From positions 365,805 to 429,804 of the forward strand of contig CAJNOF010000042.1 of NCBI GenBank assembly GCA_905250055.1: 64,000 bases of DNA, given 5' to 3'. Shown here piece by piece: positions 47,388-59,974 of this stretch. The notes beneath the pieces are model-generated. The model was not told the origin of the DNA. It did no database searches and worked only from the letters and a program-made list of their open reading frames with translations. Made by a program: the position numbers and the translations under genes. The DNA comes from Rotaria sp. Taxonomy: Eukaryota. Numbering within the stretch: position 1 is the stretch's first letter; each line of letters opens with the position of its first letter.

Positions 47388-49649
47388 ATGAAAAAATCAT
47401 ATTATTGTCTATGGATTTTTCTTATTACAATACAAAAATTTCTTCAATACGGTCAAACTCAATCCATCAATGATGATTCATTAGATCCATTGAGTATGGA
47501 TGAAGCTTATTTAACAATTAGCAATAAAAATTATTCAGAGTCTATTATATTTATGTATAATTTAGTCGTATGTGAAAAATGTAATTTTGAATTCTTAGGT
47601 GATGTTATTCCATATAATTCAAGTGAAACAGTTATAATTAATACAAAATATGCTCATGATTTTCAAATTTTTACTAAATCTACCAATAAAACATTACAAT
47701 GTTCAATAAAATCACATAAATTTTTCGAACATGGATCATATTTATTTGAAATTATTGAAATAGCACAAAATCAAGATATTTGTTCAATAAAACAAACAAA
47801 AGAATCAAGTTATTATTGGTTACCTATAATTATTGGAATGTCAATTCTTTTAACATTTATTTTATTGATTCAATTATGCCATCCGATATCACGTAGTCGA
47901 CTTGTTACTCGTTTTCTTCCAAATGTTATTCAACAAGGATTAATAAATAATGATTTAATTGTTTCATTACCAAATAATCCAACAACAATTACTAATGATC
48001 CTAATGATGATATTATTCGTACACTTTCAACTAGTAGTGAATTACCATTAGTTGGATCAACACGATTATCAAATAATACAATACGTATAACAAAACTTTT
48101 ACCAAAACGACTTCGTTCATTGGATACTTTTCGAGGATTTTCATTGATGGTAATGATATTTGTTAATTATGGAGGTATGATTTAAAGAATAATTTCATTT
48201 ATTAATATATTTATTACTTATTTATTAAAGGTGGTGGTTATTGGTTTTTTAAACATTCAAGTAAGTTTATTTGTTTTCAACATATGAAAGATTTCTATTG
48301 TTATATGTAGTATGGAATGGTTTAACTGTTGCTGATTTAGTTTTTCCATGGTTTACTTGGATAATGGGTGTATCAATTGTTTTTTCACATTGTTCTATGC
48401 GTGCAAAAAGTGTACGAAAAAGAATAATTTTTTTAAAAATATGTCGACGAACTCTCATACTTTTTATTTTAGGTAAGATAAGCAAAAAAAACAAAGAAAA
48501 TTTTTGTTTTTATTTCATTTTATTGTAAAATTTTAGGTTTAATATTACAAGGTGGTTATTCACGATGGGTATATATTCGAATTTTTGGTGTTCTTCAACG
48601 TTTAGCATTATGTTATTTTTTTGCTGCTATACTTGTTTTAATTTTTGATGATGCAGAAGATGAACCATATTCATCACAATGGCCAATACGTAAAAATTTA
48701 ACTTAAAAAAAAAAGAATTAAATTTAAATATTTGTTAATTAAGGTAATGATGTTCGTCAACAAGTATGCACAGAATTATCAAATACTTTCTTTCATTTTT
48801 GGCCACAATGGATTTTTATATTATTAATAACTCTTCTTTGGATATTGATTACATTTATTCCTAAATTTGAAAATTGTCCAAGAGGTTATTTAGGTCCCGG
48901 TGGAAAACATGAACATGGAAAATATCAAAATTGTACTGGAGGTTATTGAACAAAAACAAAATAATTTTATTGATTAATTAAATCATTTTATTTTTTTTAG
49001 GAGTTGCTGGATATCTTGATCGATTAATTCTTCGAAATTCTCATATGGATAATCATCCAACATGTAAAGATATTTATGATACTCAAATACCATATGATCC
49101 TGAAGGTAAGAACAAAACTAAAAGATATCAAAAATTATTATTTTTTATTTTTTATTATTAGGTCTTTTGGGTATTTTAACTGGAACTTTACTTTGTTATC
49201 TTGGTGTTCAAGCTGGTCATAGTTTTGCTCATTCAACACGTATACGTCGTGTTTGTGCACATTGGCTTATATCTGGTTTTATTTGTGGATCTATTGGTTT
49301 ATTATTATCTAAAGGTGGTTATTCAGATGGTTGGATACCAATTAATAAAAATCTTTGGTCACTTAGTTTTATACTTGTTTTAGCTGGTTTAGCTTTTATT
49401 ATTTTAACAATACTTTATTTACTTATTGATGTTTATAAATGGTTTACTGGTGAACCATTTTTATGGTTAGGTATGAATTCAATTGTTATTTATGTTGGTC
49501 ATGAAGTTTGTTCAAAAACATTTCCTATACAATTTCAAGTCGAAGAAACAACACATGCACAATTACTTGCTATGCATCTTTTTGGAGTTTTCTTTTGGAC
49601 AATCATTGCTGGTATTATGTATCGTAAAAAAATATTTATTGCGATTTAA
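47388..49649 (+). CDS. HGSNAT: Heparan-alpha-glucosaminide N-acetyltransferase (HGSNAT / TMEM76) orthologue. 7 exons: 47388-48174; 48231-48260; 48311-48472; 48537-48689; 48744-48941; 49001-49105; 49162-49649. Introns are 50-64 nt.
   Basis: Hand-spliced, all GT..AG and in phase: ..[59 protein letters not shown]..|[32 protein letters not shown]..|..[68 protein letters not shown]...VGHEVC..*. These are the hallmark HGSNAT blocks (human [69 protein letters not shown]). Signal peptide plus luminal N-domain in exon 1. Confidence 0.85.
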
Positions 49650-49878
49650 TTCTATTGTAATGAATAGCTTCTGTTTTTTTTTCTTTTTCTTTTTTTGAAA
49701 ATAGCTGAATCAATAAATTTTACAATAGTTTTCGTTTTCTTTTTTTTGCATTTTGATAGCATGCTCCCTCTGTTGAAAATTTCTATTGATGAGAACTAAA
49801 AACCTATGTGTTTTATGTAGGTGTATGTGATGAGTAAATGTTATTGTTTCAATACAATATTGAAATTACATTAATAAG

Positions 49879-51188
49879 ATGAGTTATAACGTAGAACTAA
49901 TACCAATTTCTGAAGGTAATCGTATAACAGTAAAAAAAAATGAAAAAGTTATTATTGGACGTGGATCATCATTAGGTGTATGTTACAAAAAGATAATTGA
50001 TTTTTTATTGTTTACAAATTTTTTGAATTTTTTTTTTAAATAGTGTAATGATAAAAAAATTTCTCGTCAACATGCTGAATTATTACTTAAAAATGATGAA
50101 ACACTTTGGATTAAACCAATTCATACTAATCCAGTATTTTATCGCACTTTTCATGGTAAAACAATTCATTTGACTAAAGATATTGAACAAGAATTAAAAG
50201 ATGGTGATCAAATTGGTTTATTACCAACAAGTTTTTTCTTTCGTATTAGTTTTTCTATGAATACAAATAATAATAAAGACGATTTATCTACATCATCAAA
50301 TCAACAGTCACATTATTCAGTAAATAATATTGCGTCTGATAATCTAAAATCAACTAAAATATCATCTCAAGATACTTTATCTAAAATAAAAAGTCCTGAT
50401 GTTGAACCAAAACCATACATTTCAGATATTGATGATTCTACTTCTTCTTCTATAAAAAATCAAGTATATTTTTATGATATTAATATGTTGTACTTTATGA
50501 ATGTAGTTTATAGAATGAATATGAATCAGTTGATTCAAATAATAAATCACGTATATTACCAACATGGATGATAGCATCAACAAAGACTACATCCAATTCT
50601 TCCTGTCTACATGATTCATCATCTAGTGATCGTCCTGCTGTTAAACGGCAATGTAAGTACATATTTATTATAATGAGTCTATCTCAAATAAATTCTCAAC
50701 AGTGAATTCAGAAGAAGATAACAAAAGTAATACAAATGATTTATCAAATACGTCTGGTAAATTCTATTATATCTTGTTTATCTATTTTTCCTTTTTGTTC
50801 TTTATTTGTTTTTTTAGACGCATCAGTTACAAAGTCAAGTAAATCATCCGTAATAAAAAGCTTTGATAGTGATAGTAGTGATGGATTTGATTCTGTTACT
50901 ACAAAAAAAAGTATTCATAAATATTTATTATTGATTATTGACTACAGTTTGAATTTAGTTAAATCAAATGATAAACGTCGTCCAGTTTGTTCATATGGTG
51001 CATCATGTTATCGAAAAAATCCAACGCATCGTACTGAACAATCGCATCCAGGTGATTCTGATTATGAGGATGAAAAACAAACGAATAATGATAGTAAAGA
51101 TGATAATGATATTGATAAACCGATATGTCCTTATGGTAAATCTTGTTATCGACAAAATCCTCAACATAAACGTGACTACACGCATTAA
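49879..51188 (+). CDS. APLF: APLF-like DNA-damage-response factor: N-terminal PNKP/APLF-type FHA domain, Ku-binding motif, two tandem PBZ (PAR-binding C2H2) zinc fingers. 5 exons: 49879-49977; 50044-50463; 50514-50652; 50703-50756; 50818-51188.
   Basis: FHA: MSYNVELIPISEGNRITVKKNEKVIIGRGSSLG|CNDKKISRQHAELLLKNDETLWIKPIHTNPVFY..DGDQIGLLPTSFFFRI; compare APLF ..LRIKPIHTNPCFYQ... Ku-binding motif: ..NKSRILPTWMIAS.. in exon 3; compare human APLF RKRILPTWML. PBZ1 PVCSYGASCYRKNPTHRTEQSHP and PBZ2 PICPYGKSCYRQNPQHKRDYTH follow the consensus C-x5-C-x6-H-x5-H (C-x2-G-x2-C-Y-R-x-N-P-x-H). Introns 66/50/50/61 nt, GT..AG, in phase. Confidence 0.8.
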
Positions 51189-53379
51189 GTTCGGTATTTT
51201 TTTTTACTAGTTAAATAACCGGTGATTATACATAAATGAGACATTCTGTTTTAGAAATTATTGTATTTGTATGTATATAGTCTATGTAGTAAAGGAAGAT
51301 CTCTAAGTGCAAGTCTCTATTATCCATCGGCTTTCTACCAGTTTATAGAATTCTATGAACTGATCACGATAACGTCAAGTGTATTGTTCTCCATAGACTA
51401 TCTTTAAGAAGTTAAATGGATCTCAAACTTCATCGATACATCTTAATTGACTGTATACATATACGCATAGTCAACATAAATAGAAGTCCCAATGAGTTCT
51501 GTACTTTTTAATATTATTAATACGGTGATTTTATGGAATTAAATAATTTATGTTTATGTTGATGTGGATAGATAATGAAGGGGTATTTAATGTTAATGTT
51601 TTTGATGCTGAGAACTAAACTAGCATAAGAGCTACAATTTACGAAATAATAGCTTACAGTCATTTTTCAGAAGTTGAGATCAAAGTAACTCCTCAAAAGA
51701 TATTCTATGGAGAAGAATGTACAATGTTATTGTGATTAGATCAGAGAACTCTACAAACTGGTATAAAGCCAAATGGCAACGGTGACTTACACCTATAAAC
51801 CTTCTTTCGTCAGTGTATTGTTGCTACAGGATGTTGAAAAAAAACAACAACAGTGTATTTGAGAATGAAACTTTGAAATGAATTATTTTTAAATGATTGA
51901 TTGTGATACTATTTTAGGTTATTTTGTTTGAATAATGTACTGATGCTCTAATTGAAGTTTTACTAAATAAAAATACATATAATCAAGCTTATGTTAAGCA
52001 TAAGCATTTAATGAATGTTACTATTTGATTTTTTCGATCTGACAAAAACTATTAAATATTTTGTTCAGACGATTACATTTATATTTTATTTATATAAAGT
52101 AACAAAATAATTACTTTGTATCGTGAATAGACGATTGTGTCTATCTCAGAAGAACTGTAAACAAAAGAATTCATCGAAGTATTGTTCACACTATTGTTAG
52201 ATTTTTTTAATTAAAATGCTAACCACATTTATTTTTGAATAACTTTCGATTATATACAACTATTAGAATCGAATTTTCATCACTAGATAGATCAATTTTG
52301 AGGACATCAAACTGTGTAATATTCATTAGATTCTAATATGTTCTTCATGCATATGTGTAGGTAAGAGAGTCATGTTTTCCCATAAAATTCCCAGATTTCA
52401 GAAAGCTTCCCTTAAAACATCAATCCAGAATAAGGATAAAAAAATCGAACAATTGTATATAAGTAATAGAACACTCTTCGTGCTATATTTTGGCTTGATT
52501 TGAGCCTAAATTTTCTACGAAAACTTGTATAAATCGGCAACGAAAAACATATCCATTTTGAAAATATTTATGAAGAATTTCTTTGAAATAGATGAATGTT
52601 AGACAAATAGGCATCTCTAAAATTGCTTCATTTAATGACGAATACTCAACCTAAATAGCTATGAACGATCGAAAACTATTCAAAAAATGGTGATTGATAT
52701 TTTAATAAAAATTTGACAATAGAGTTATACTACGATTAATAATTTTCAAATAGCAAAACAATCAATGTAGATGAAAAAATTTCTTGTATTAAAAACAAAC
52801 TATTTAACATCTACAAAAACAAATGCACAGATGTTTTGTGCCGGTGTACTTCTATAGTGACTTATTTTCATTATTTTTATGTATTTTTGTTGATATTTTA
52901 CGTACGTTTTTTCATCTTCTATATACAGAAGATACATAAATATAAGAGATATATCTCTATATGTCATATATTTGAATTGGAATAAGTTTCCAGAAAATCT
53001 ATAAAAGTCTAAAAAGACAGATAATGAGTTTTGTTATACTAATCATTCATTATCGCATGTATTAATTTGATCATCGTATTAGAGGCTGAAGCGAATAAAA
53101 AAATCTCCATTCGAGTTTGATTCGATTCTGTTCAGGCGATTACTGTCCGAATGGAAAGTAGTCGAAAAAATATGATTAAAAGCTGATTTACAACAAAAAA
53201 TAGATAGATGTCATTTGACACTCGGTATTTTATTAAAAGCAACGCATGTTGCTTTAATATACGCATATGATTACTGAATATTAAAAGATTCACTCAAGTA
53301 AACGGTGTTTAAATTGAATTATACATCTGTGATATACTATTAACTTTCCGCATCTAAAATTGCCTATTGTATATAAACT

Positions 53380-53838
53380 GCTATTGGGTATGGCCAGCTA
53401 ACTCTGCTACCGGAGTGAAATTCCGTAACGTTTTTCGCTTATTTTGTTTTCTCGATAAATATCAGGCAGTAGCACATGAAGAGTTGCGAGACGTCTTAAA
53501 TTAAAGAGACAAGTCTTGTACATATTTTAAGATATTTTTCGCTTTTGGAACATTTGTCGTTTCCAAGATATAACAAAAGAATTGAACACCACTTTTGAAA
53601 AAGTAATAATTTTCAGAATTGAAAAGTAGTTATCAGTTTTTTAATTATATTTTGGAAACGACAAACGTTCCAAAAGCGAAAAATATCTTAGAATATGTAC
53701 AAGACTTTTCTCTTTAATTTAAGACGTCTCGCAACTCTTTACGTGCTACTGCCTGATATTTATTGAGGAAACAAAATAAGCGAAAAACGTTACGGAATTT
53801 CACTCCGGTAGCAGAGTTAGCTGGCCATACCCTATTGT
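53380..53838. mobile_element. Foldback / palindromic MITE-like element (about 460 bp, arms about 200 bp).
   Basis: The left arm ctattgggtatggccagctaactctgctaccggagtgaaattccgtaacgtttttcgcttattttgtt..cagtagcacatgaagagttgcgagacgtcttaaattaaagagacaagtcttgtacatattttaagatatttttcgcttttggaac is reverse-complemented at 53640-53838 (..gttccaaaagcgaaaaatatcttagaatatgtacaagacttttctctttaatttaagacgtctcgcaactctttacgtgctactg..ggtagcagagttagctggccataccctattg). Confidence 0.55.
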
Positions 53839-55959
53839 TTTCTTTTGCATATATGCCATGAAATATTAATGTATTAATTTAATCAGTGCCGATTTCATCA
53901 CGAAACATAAGAATTCAAACTTGTTTAAGAAAACCTTTTATGCCTTGTTATGAAAGTTTTCAGTGGTTTTTGTCATGAATATTTCATAAGGACCAACTTT
54001 TATATCCATGTTTCTCGTTTTATCGTGCTTAATTGTTACTGAAGTGCTCCTTCAATACTGCGAGTTGCAGATGATTATTAAAAAAATACTTAAAAAAATT
54101 GATGATTATGCTACTTTTTTTTTCTACTGAATGATAGATGATCCACATATTTTTGTTCTTCATCAAGCTGTAATGAAATATTTTTCAACTTCGTTCTTTT
54201 CTACCGTTCCTATGATTTTTCTTGCGGATCGATTATGTGCTTTAGAGAATGAAGCGGATATAGACATCTTCATTTGATTTGATTCGATTTTGGTCTTTGC
54301 ATTATAGTGACTCATCATCTATTTTATTGAGTGTCATATATGTAAATTGTGTATTGTATGGACTTTTTTTAACGATGTTGTTCTCTCCTTCTTTCATATA
54401 GCTTTGATAGCAACTTCGATTAAATTAAATAAAAATGATAAAACAAGTGATGTACTTGAAGTTGATCTTGGCGAAAATAATGATTTTTGTATTTCGATAG
54501 TCAATCGAATATTTTCGAGAACAATTCGACTCAAGTGAATGAATGCAACATCGAGTCCGATTAGATCTGATCATATCTGAATAGTCGACAAAATTCGATG
54601 AGAATTCAGACGGCTAAATCACTAATGAATTCGATGGCCGGGTTAGGATCGCATTCCTATAGAATCATACCAATCATTTTCAATTTTCGACCAGTCTTGT
54701 TTGTTCTGATTAGGGGTGTGCCATTAGAACTCTACAAGAATACATTCAATCAGACGCTATTTAACAGGACAGCGTTTTTTGTTTTATCCTGTCGTACGCT
54801 CATGGAAGATTTTATAAATTGTGTTTGTTTATGAACAAGATTATTAGTTGAATAAAATGAAAAGATCTTTTTCAAATTTAATATTTGTAAGCAAGTCATA
54901 TCATTTCTAAATACTGATACTATTCAACTAGACACATCTGAAAAACCCTCCGTTTCAGAAATTTTTACCAAATAGTTCTTTTTCCTACTGAGCAAGTAGA
55001 GCTTGCTTAAAAAAATCTTCACTCTCTTATAATCGTATCGATAGAACATCGGCACCATCACCCTGGATGTATTGAAGAGAAGACCTACACTCACTTACTG
55101 TCTCAACGATTGTCATACTGTAAAATACTTTTAGACAGTTTTAGGTATCGACATGAATAAACATATCCTATTAGAGTTTCAAAATTTTCCACTACTTTCT
55201 TAAAAATAATTCCGTTCTCAAGACATTAAGTCGCATTAAAGAAAATAGTTGACCCCTAGTTGTGACAGTACGGCATCGAAACGTCAAAACATTAGCTCAT
55301 ATTTTTCATTGATATATTACTGATGGTTTATCATAGGTGAAGAATCTGAACACGACGTCAGATTTTTGATTTTTTTGAATATTTTCTTTATGAATCGTTG
55401 ATTAATTTAGGTATCTTTCATAGCACTTGACGTCGTATACATTCAAAATTGTAGAACTCGAAGATTTAGTTCGAATGAAAAACTAACTTTTTCAATAGCT
55501 ATATTTACTTCCAATATTGTACTGTTCAACTGTTGGATATAATAGTTGCAATCGTTCCTCATATTTTCTATAGAAATTGACCAGAGAACTATCATAGACG
55601 AATAATCTGAAGTCTATATCAGGTTTCAATTTTTTTAAATATTTCATAATATGAATTACCAAACAGTTTTTTTTATGATATTCAGATAAAAAGATTACTA
55701 TACGATGTATTCTCATTTACATGTAACAAGATGCCTAATGCATCGACTAGAGTCGAGCTGATCATGATTATCGATTAGTTCTTAAATTCTGAACACATTG
55801 TTATATGATCTAAAGAGTTAAGCAAATTATGCTGGTCTTTTTTTCTAGCATGTTTTATTTCGAATCTATTTGTTTGATTCTAGATTTTTTGTCTAAGTTT
55901 CACAGACATATCATCTGTTTCTATTTCTCCAGAAGACTGTTTAATATCTGTGATCAATT

Positions 55960-58901
55960 ATGACTACATTACCATCTGCTGCGTCAACCGATTCGACTTT
56001 GCCCATCGATGACAATAGTGAATTGGGTGATTTTCATACTGTAATGAAAGAAAATCCGTCGACTAATATTAATCAATACAATCGAGAACCAACTTCTTGC
56101 TCACTTGAACATGATCTACATCGATTAGACTTAAGCGATAGTCCAAAAGTAGTAGAAAATATAAAAGTGAAACGATCGAATTCTTTACCGACGATTTTGT
56201 TTGATCCGATCGATAGATCTTTATCGCCATTCAACCATCAGAGATTACCTGTAAACTATATAAATGATGATCATGGTGTAAAATTTTATTTGTTTCCATC
56301 ATCGACCCATAATGTGGTAGCTGGTCAACCATCACCTCTTTGTGATCAATGCTTGCCGAGAGAAGATAAGCAACCAATCGAATCTCAGTCACTCATCGTC
56401 TTGAATCAGATAAAGTATTTACGGAGCGCCTTATGAGAAAAGAACAACAGGTTGCTTGTTTTTTGTTTTTCAGAGTTTCCCAACCACTTCTGACTACTAA
56501 ATCAGTGGGAACGTTCTCTGGATCCTGTAGCAAAGCTTCCATCTCATATGGAGTCGATTGGAGCGAACGTGCTCATCCCACATCTCACTGTTGGTTTCCC
56601 TTCATATGCAAGGATCCATCGACGGATCAATTATGTGCCCACGTATCTTGTATAGGTGTAAAACCAAGCTATCAATCTGAATTTGTACAATGTGGATCAT
56701 GTGATTTGGTTGCACATTCGTATCACTTGAAAGATTCACGGGTAATCGAAGCCAATTTTCTTCCACCCTGTCGTCCGTCCTTTGTCGACAACACAACACT
56801 TGGAAATTCACTTCCCGAGAGCGAAAATAATCCATCGAAATACGATGAACATTTTTGGTCTCATGTGAGCGTACTTCCGAAACCGTGCATGTACTGCCAA
56901 CAGATATCAACGACAAAAACCCTATTCAAAAGTAGAAGTGGTCGATTATTGGGAGCGTCTGCTTTAGATATCATCGGTCAGGCCACGTCGGCTATGAATT
57001 CTATATCGAGCAATTGCAGTTTAAATGTATCTGGATCTTCTGAAGGCCTCGCTTGTTTATGGTGTTTACGAAGCTATCATCGGCCGTGTTGGAAAAGTCT
57101 TGCTGATGAAGATAAAAATACTCAATGTGACTATGGAATATTTCGGTAAGTTTTTAATGATGATTATGCAGGTCAAATAAAAAGAAACCTTGCATGTTTG
57201 TAATGCCTACGAGAATGCTCGGTCATACTTCTTGTTAGATTTATCATTATCTTGACACTTTTCTACTACTGTTCATTAATGATTATTACTTAAGTTTGAT
57301 TTGATCGTAGAATCAATGGATATTGAAGCATGCTTACAAATATGCAGAGTTCGAGATATATTCAAAAGAAAATCCTTTCCGTTTTTTGAGTTCATCGAGA
57401 AATTGTTTAGAATGCTTTGATCGTTGTCTTCCTTCAACTCTAATCACTCGTTGAGATCAATATGTTGATTTTCTTCGATAGAAATATTATTGTTCGACCG
57501 CAGTGGCTCAGTCGTTCCAGCGAATCTTCAACTGATTTCAAAGCTCGTTTGTCTTTGCATGCGACTAATAGCAACTTTGAATCAAACTCTTTTCCGTATA
57601 CACCCGTTATTGTATTCATAAATAAACGTTCTGGTGGCCAACAAGGAGAAAAAATTTATCGGAAACTATTACGAAAACTCAATCCACGTCAAGTATTTCT
57701 TCTAGAAGACAATGCTACAATCACACATGCTCTTAACATCTACTCGTCGCTACCTAATATCCGTTTTTGCGTATGTGGAGGTGATGGAACCGTGGGTTGG
57801 ATTCTTGGCCGTCTAGCTGAGGCTTATCCATCGAAAAATAATCCACCAGTAAGCATTTGTCCTTTAGGAACGGGTAATGATCTTTCACGCGTATTAGCTT
57901 GGGGCGAACAATACGATTCAAAACGTCTTTTTGATATGCTCGTACAAATTCCACAAGCTAAAGTAGTTGCACTCGACCGTTGGGAAGTTCAGCTTGAACA
58001 ACTCGACGTAACAACATTGTCTTCACAGACACAAGCAAAGCAAAAGAAAGGATTTCAAATCGGTCATCCATTTCAAGTGCTAGTCAAGCATCCGAAATTT
58101 GTTCGCGAAAAAAAGCAAGTCTCCTATGAACATCATCAGAAGTTACCAAATACACACTTTATCAATTACATGAGTTTCGGTTTAGACGCAGCCATTACAC
58201 TAGATTTTCATGATAAACGCACACGTGATCCATCGAAATTTTCGTCACCATGGAAGAATAAGCTCATGTATGTAAATAGAAGTTGCAAATATTTCAGTGA
58301 TTTTGCTCAAGCAAATATGTGGAATCTTGGCTCTTATATTCGTTTGATATGCGATGGTCGTGATCTAACTAATGCTATAGGTGATTGCCATACATTAGTC
58401 GTACTTAACATTCCAGGTTATGCAGCCGGTACGAATCCGTGGGGAAAATCTTCATCGACAAACTCAGTTTTCTTCTATGGTGATCAATCGTCGATCTTTC
58501 AAAGAGATAATGATTCTGCCGATGCCAAGGTAATAAGTGCAGTTAATGTATTCGGTTCATTAGCTGCTACACGCGAAGCTATTAAATCTGTTACTTTGAA
58601 TGAAGATGATATGCATCAAATGGCTAGCTCATCGACAACAGCAATCTCAACTGTTTGTGTCGAACAACAAGATTTTGGCGATCAAAAACTCGAAATTGTT
58701 GGCTTGAATACTACACATATGGCTACAATTCATATGGGTTTTACTGGCAATCGGATCACTCAATGTAATCAATTGCGAATAGAACTGCGCAGTCCAATGA
58801 CGGCACAAATGGATGGTGAACCATTCTATCTTCCTGCTTCAGTAGCTGTCAACATTAATCATTCTGGCCAAGTACTTGTGTTAAAAAATCAGAACGAATA
58901 G
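55960..58901 (+). CDS. Diacylglycerol kinase. Exon 1 55960-56414 (low-complexity N-terminus); exon 2 56474-57145 (two C1/phorbol-ester-type zinc fingers, the second with a long insertion); exon 3 57481-58901 (DAGK catalytic plus accessory domains). Introns 59 and 335 nt.
   Basis: Catalytic signature ..TPVIVFINKRSGGQQG...FCVCGGDGTVGWILG...ICPLGTGNDLSRVLAWG.. is the DAGKc P-loop-like GGDGT motif, with accessory-domain blocks (..NYMSFGLDAAITLDFH..REAI..MDGEPFYLP..). The C1 domains are H-x12-C-x2-C...C-x2-C-x4-H-x2-C-x7-C, for example HCWFPFICKDPSTDQLCAHVSCIGVKPSYQSEFVQCGSCDLVAHSYHLKD. Splice junctions ..LNQIK|VSQPLL.. (donor aa|gtattt, acceptor ttttcag) and ..YGIFR|NIIVRPQW.. (donor cg|gtaagt, acceptor cgatag). 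Confidence 0.8.
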
Positions 58902-59974
58902 ATAAAAATATTAACTTTTGTGCGTGGTTGCAGTGCATACACTAAATCTAGCACTATTTTCGATTGATAAAATAAAAACATGTTGAACTTTGAATGAAGT
59001 TCATCGCTGAGTATCAACGATGTCGATTGTTACTTTTTTCTCCAGAAGATTTTTTAACAATGGTCTCAACACCCTGACTGAGAAGAAAATCGGCTTGAAT
59101 AAGTCATCGCCTTTAAGGTCTTATTTCTGCTCAACATGAAGGACTTTGAGAGTAAAATACCTGTGCAATATTTCAGGCTCATAGTACAGTTTTCTTGAGC
59201 TATAGTCATTTTTGATGAACCTTTTAGTTGTAGCGAGCTATTTTGTTTCCAAGTTTTAGCAACAATAGATCTGTCTTTTGCAACTTATTAGATTTATCAA
59301 AGAAAGCAATAAATCCTTCTCTTAGCATAGACACAAGAATGAAGTCGTTTCATGAACCTAATATCTTGAGGAAGTATTTTATGGTTAATTTGATAGAAGT
59401 CGTGTCGAAAATATTGAAAATCTTTATTATATGATGATTTTTGGAATACCCTGTATTGTCAATATTTTCTTTGATCACAGTTGAACACAACAAGTCTACT
59501 TCAGTATAAATCCTATAGGAAAGAGGACAATGGGTTCTATTTTATATACAACAAACGGAAGACAGGAAACGACGTAAACCATCACAATTATTGTTGATAA
59601 TCATATCGATAGTTTCAACATTTTCGATCACAATCAAGACTAACTTCTCTGGATAATTTTTACACGCTAATGTCAAAGTTTAGCCTTCTATCGAATACAG
59701 CCATCGTTGAATTATATGAGCATATTAAATTTAAGAATAAATAAACTTTGAAAAATGTCTCGATTTTTCGATCCTCTCTCACATATTCTATTAAATGCCT
59801 AACAGATCTAAATACTGTTATTTGTACACGTTGTAGATATATGATTATACTAATAGTGAAAATGTAAAACTGTGCTAGTAATCAAACAATGAGAATGAGA
59901 TTACCAGTTACATCTATCTATGTATTCAATAGAATATTAGTTGAAACTGACAAGCACGACAAGAGTCAATAATG

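Noticed and set aside
49201-49698. ORFs 49201-49383 and 49483-49698 (+)
   Set aside because: Alternative frames inside HGSNAT exon 7; hydrophobic low-complexity translations of a TM-coding, T-rich exon.
50464-50571. Tail of ORF 50170-50571 (..VYFYDINMLYFMNVVYRMNMNQLIQIINHVYYQHG*)
   Set aside because: This is a 50-nt GT..AG intron (gtatat..tttatag) plus out-of-frame reading of the next exon. The real exon 3 frame encodes the Ku-binding motif NKSRILPTWM.
50968-51210. ORFs 50968-51210 (+) and 51003-51185 (-) (Ile/Asn/Arg-rich)
   Set aside because: Out-of-frame or antisense overlaps of the APLF PBZ exon; low-complexity AT-rich translations.
56602-57954. Antisense ORFs 56602-56916 (-) and 57754-57954 (-)
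   Set aside because: They lie opposite well-supported DGK exons and have no motifs.
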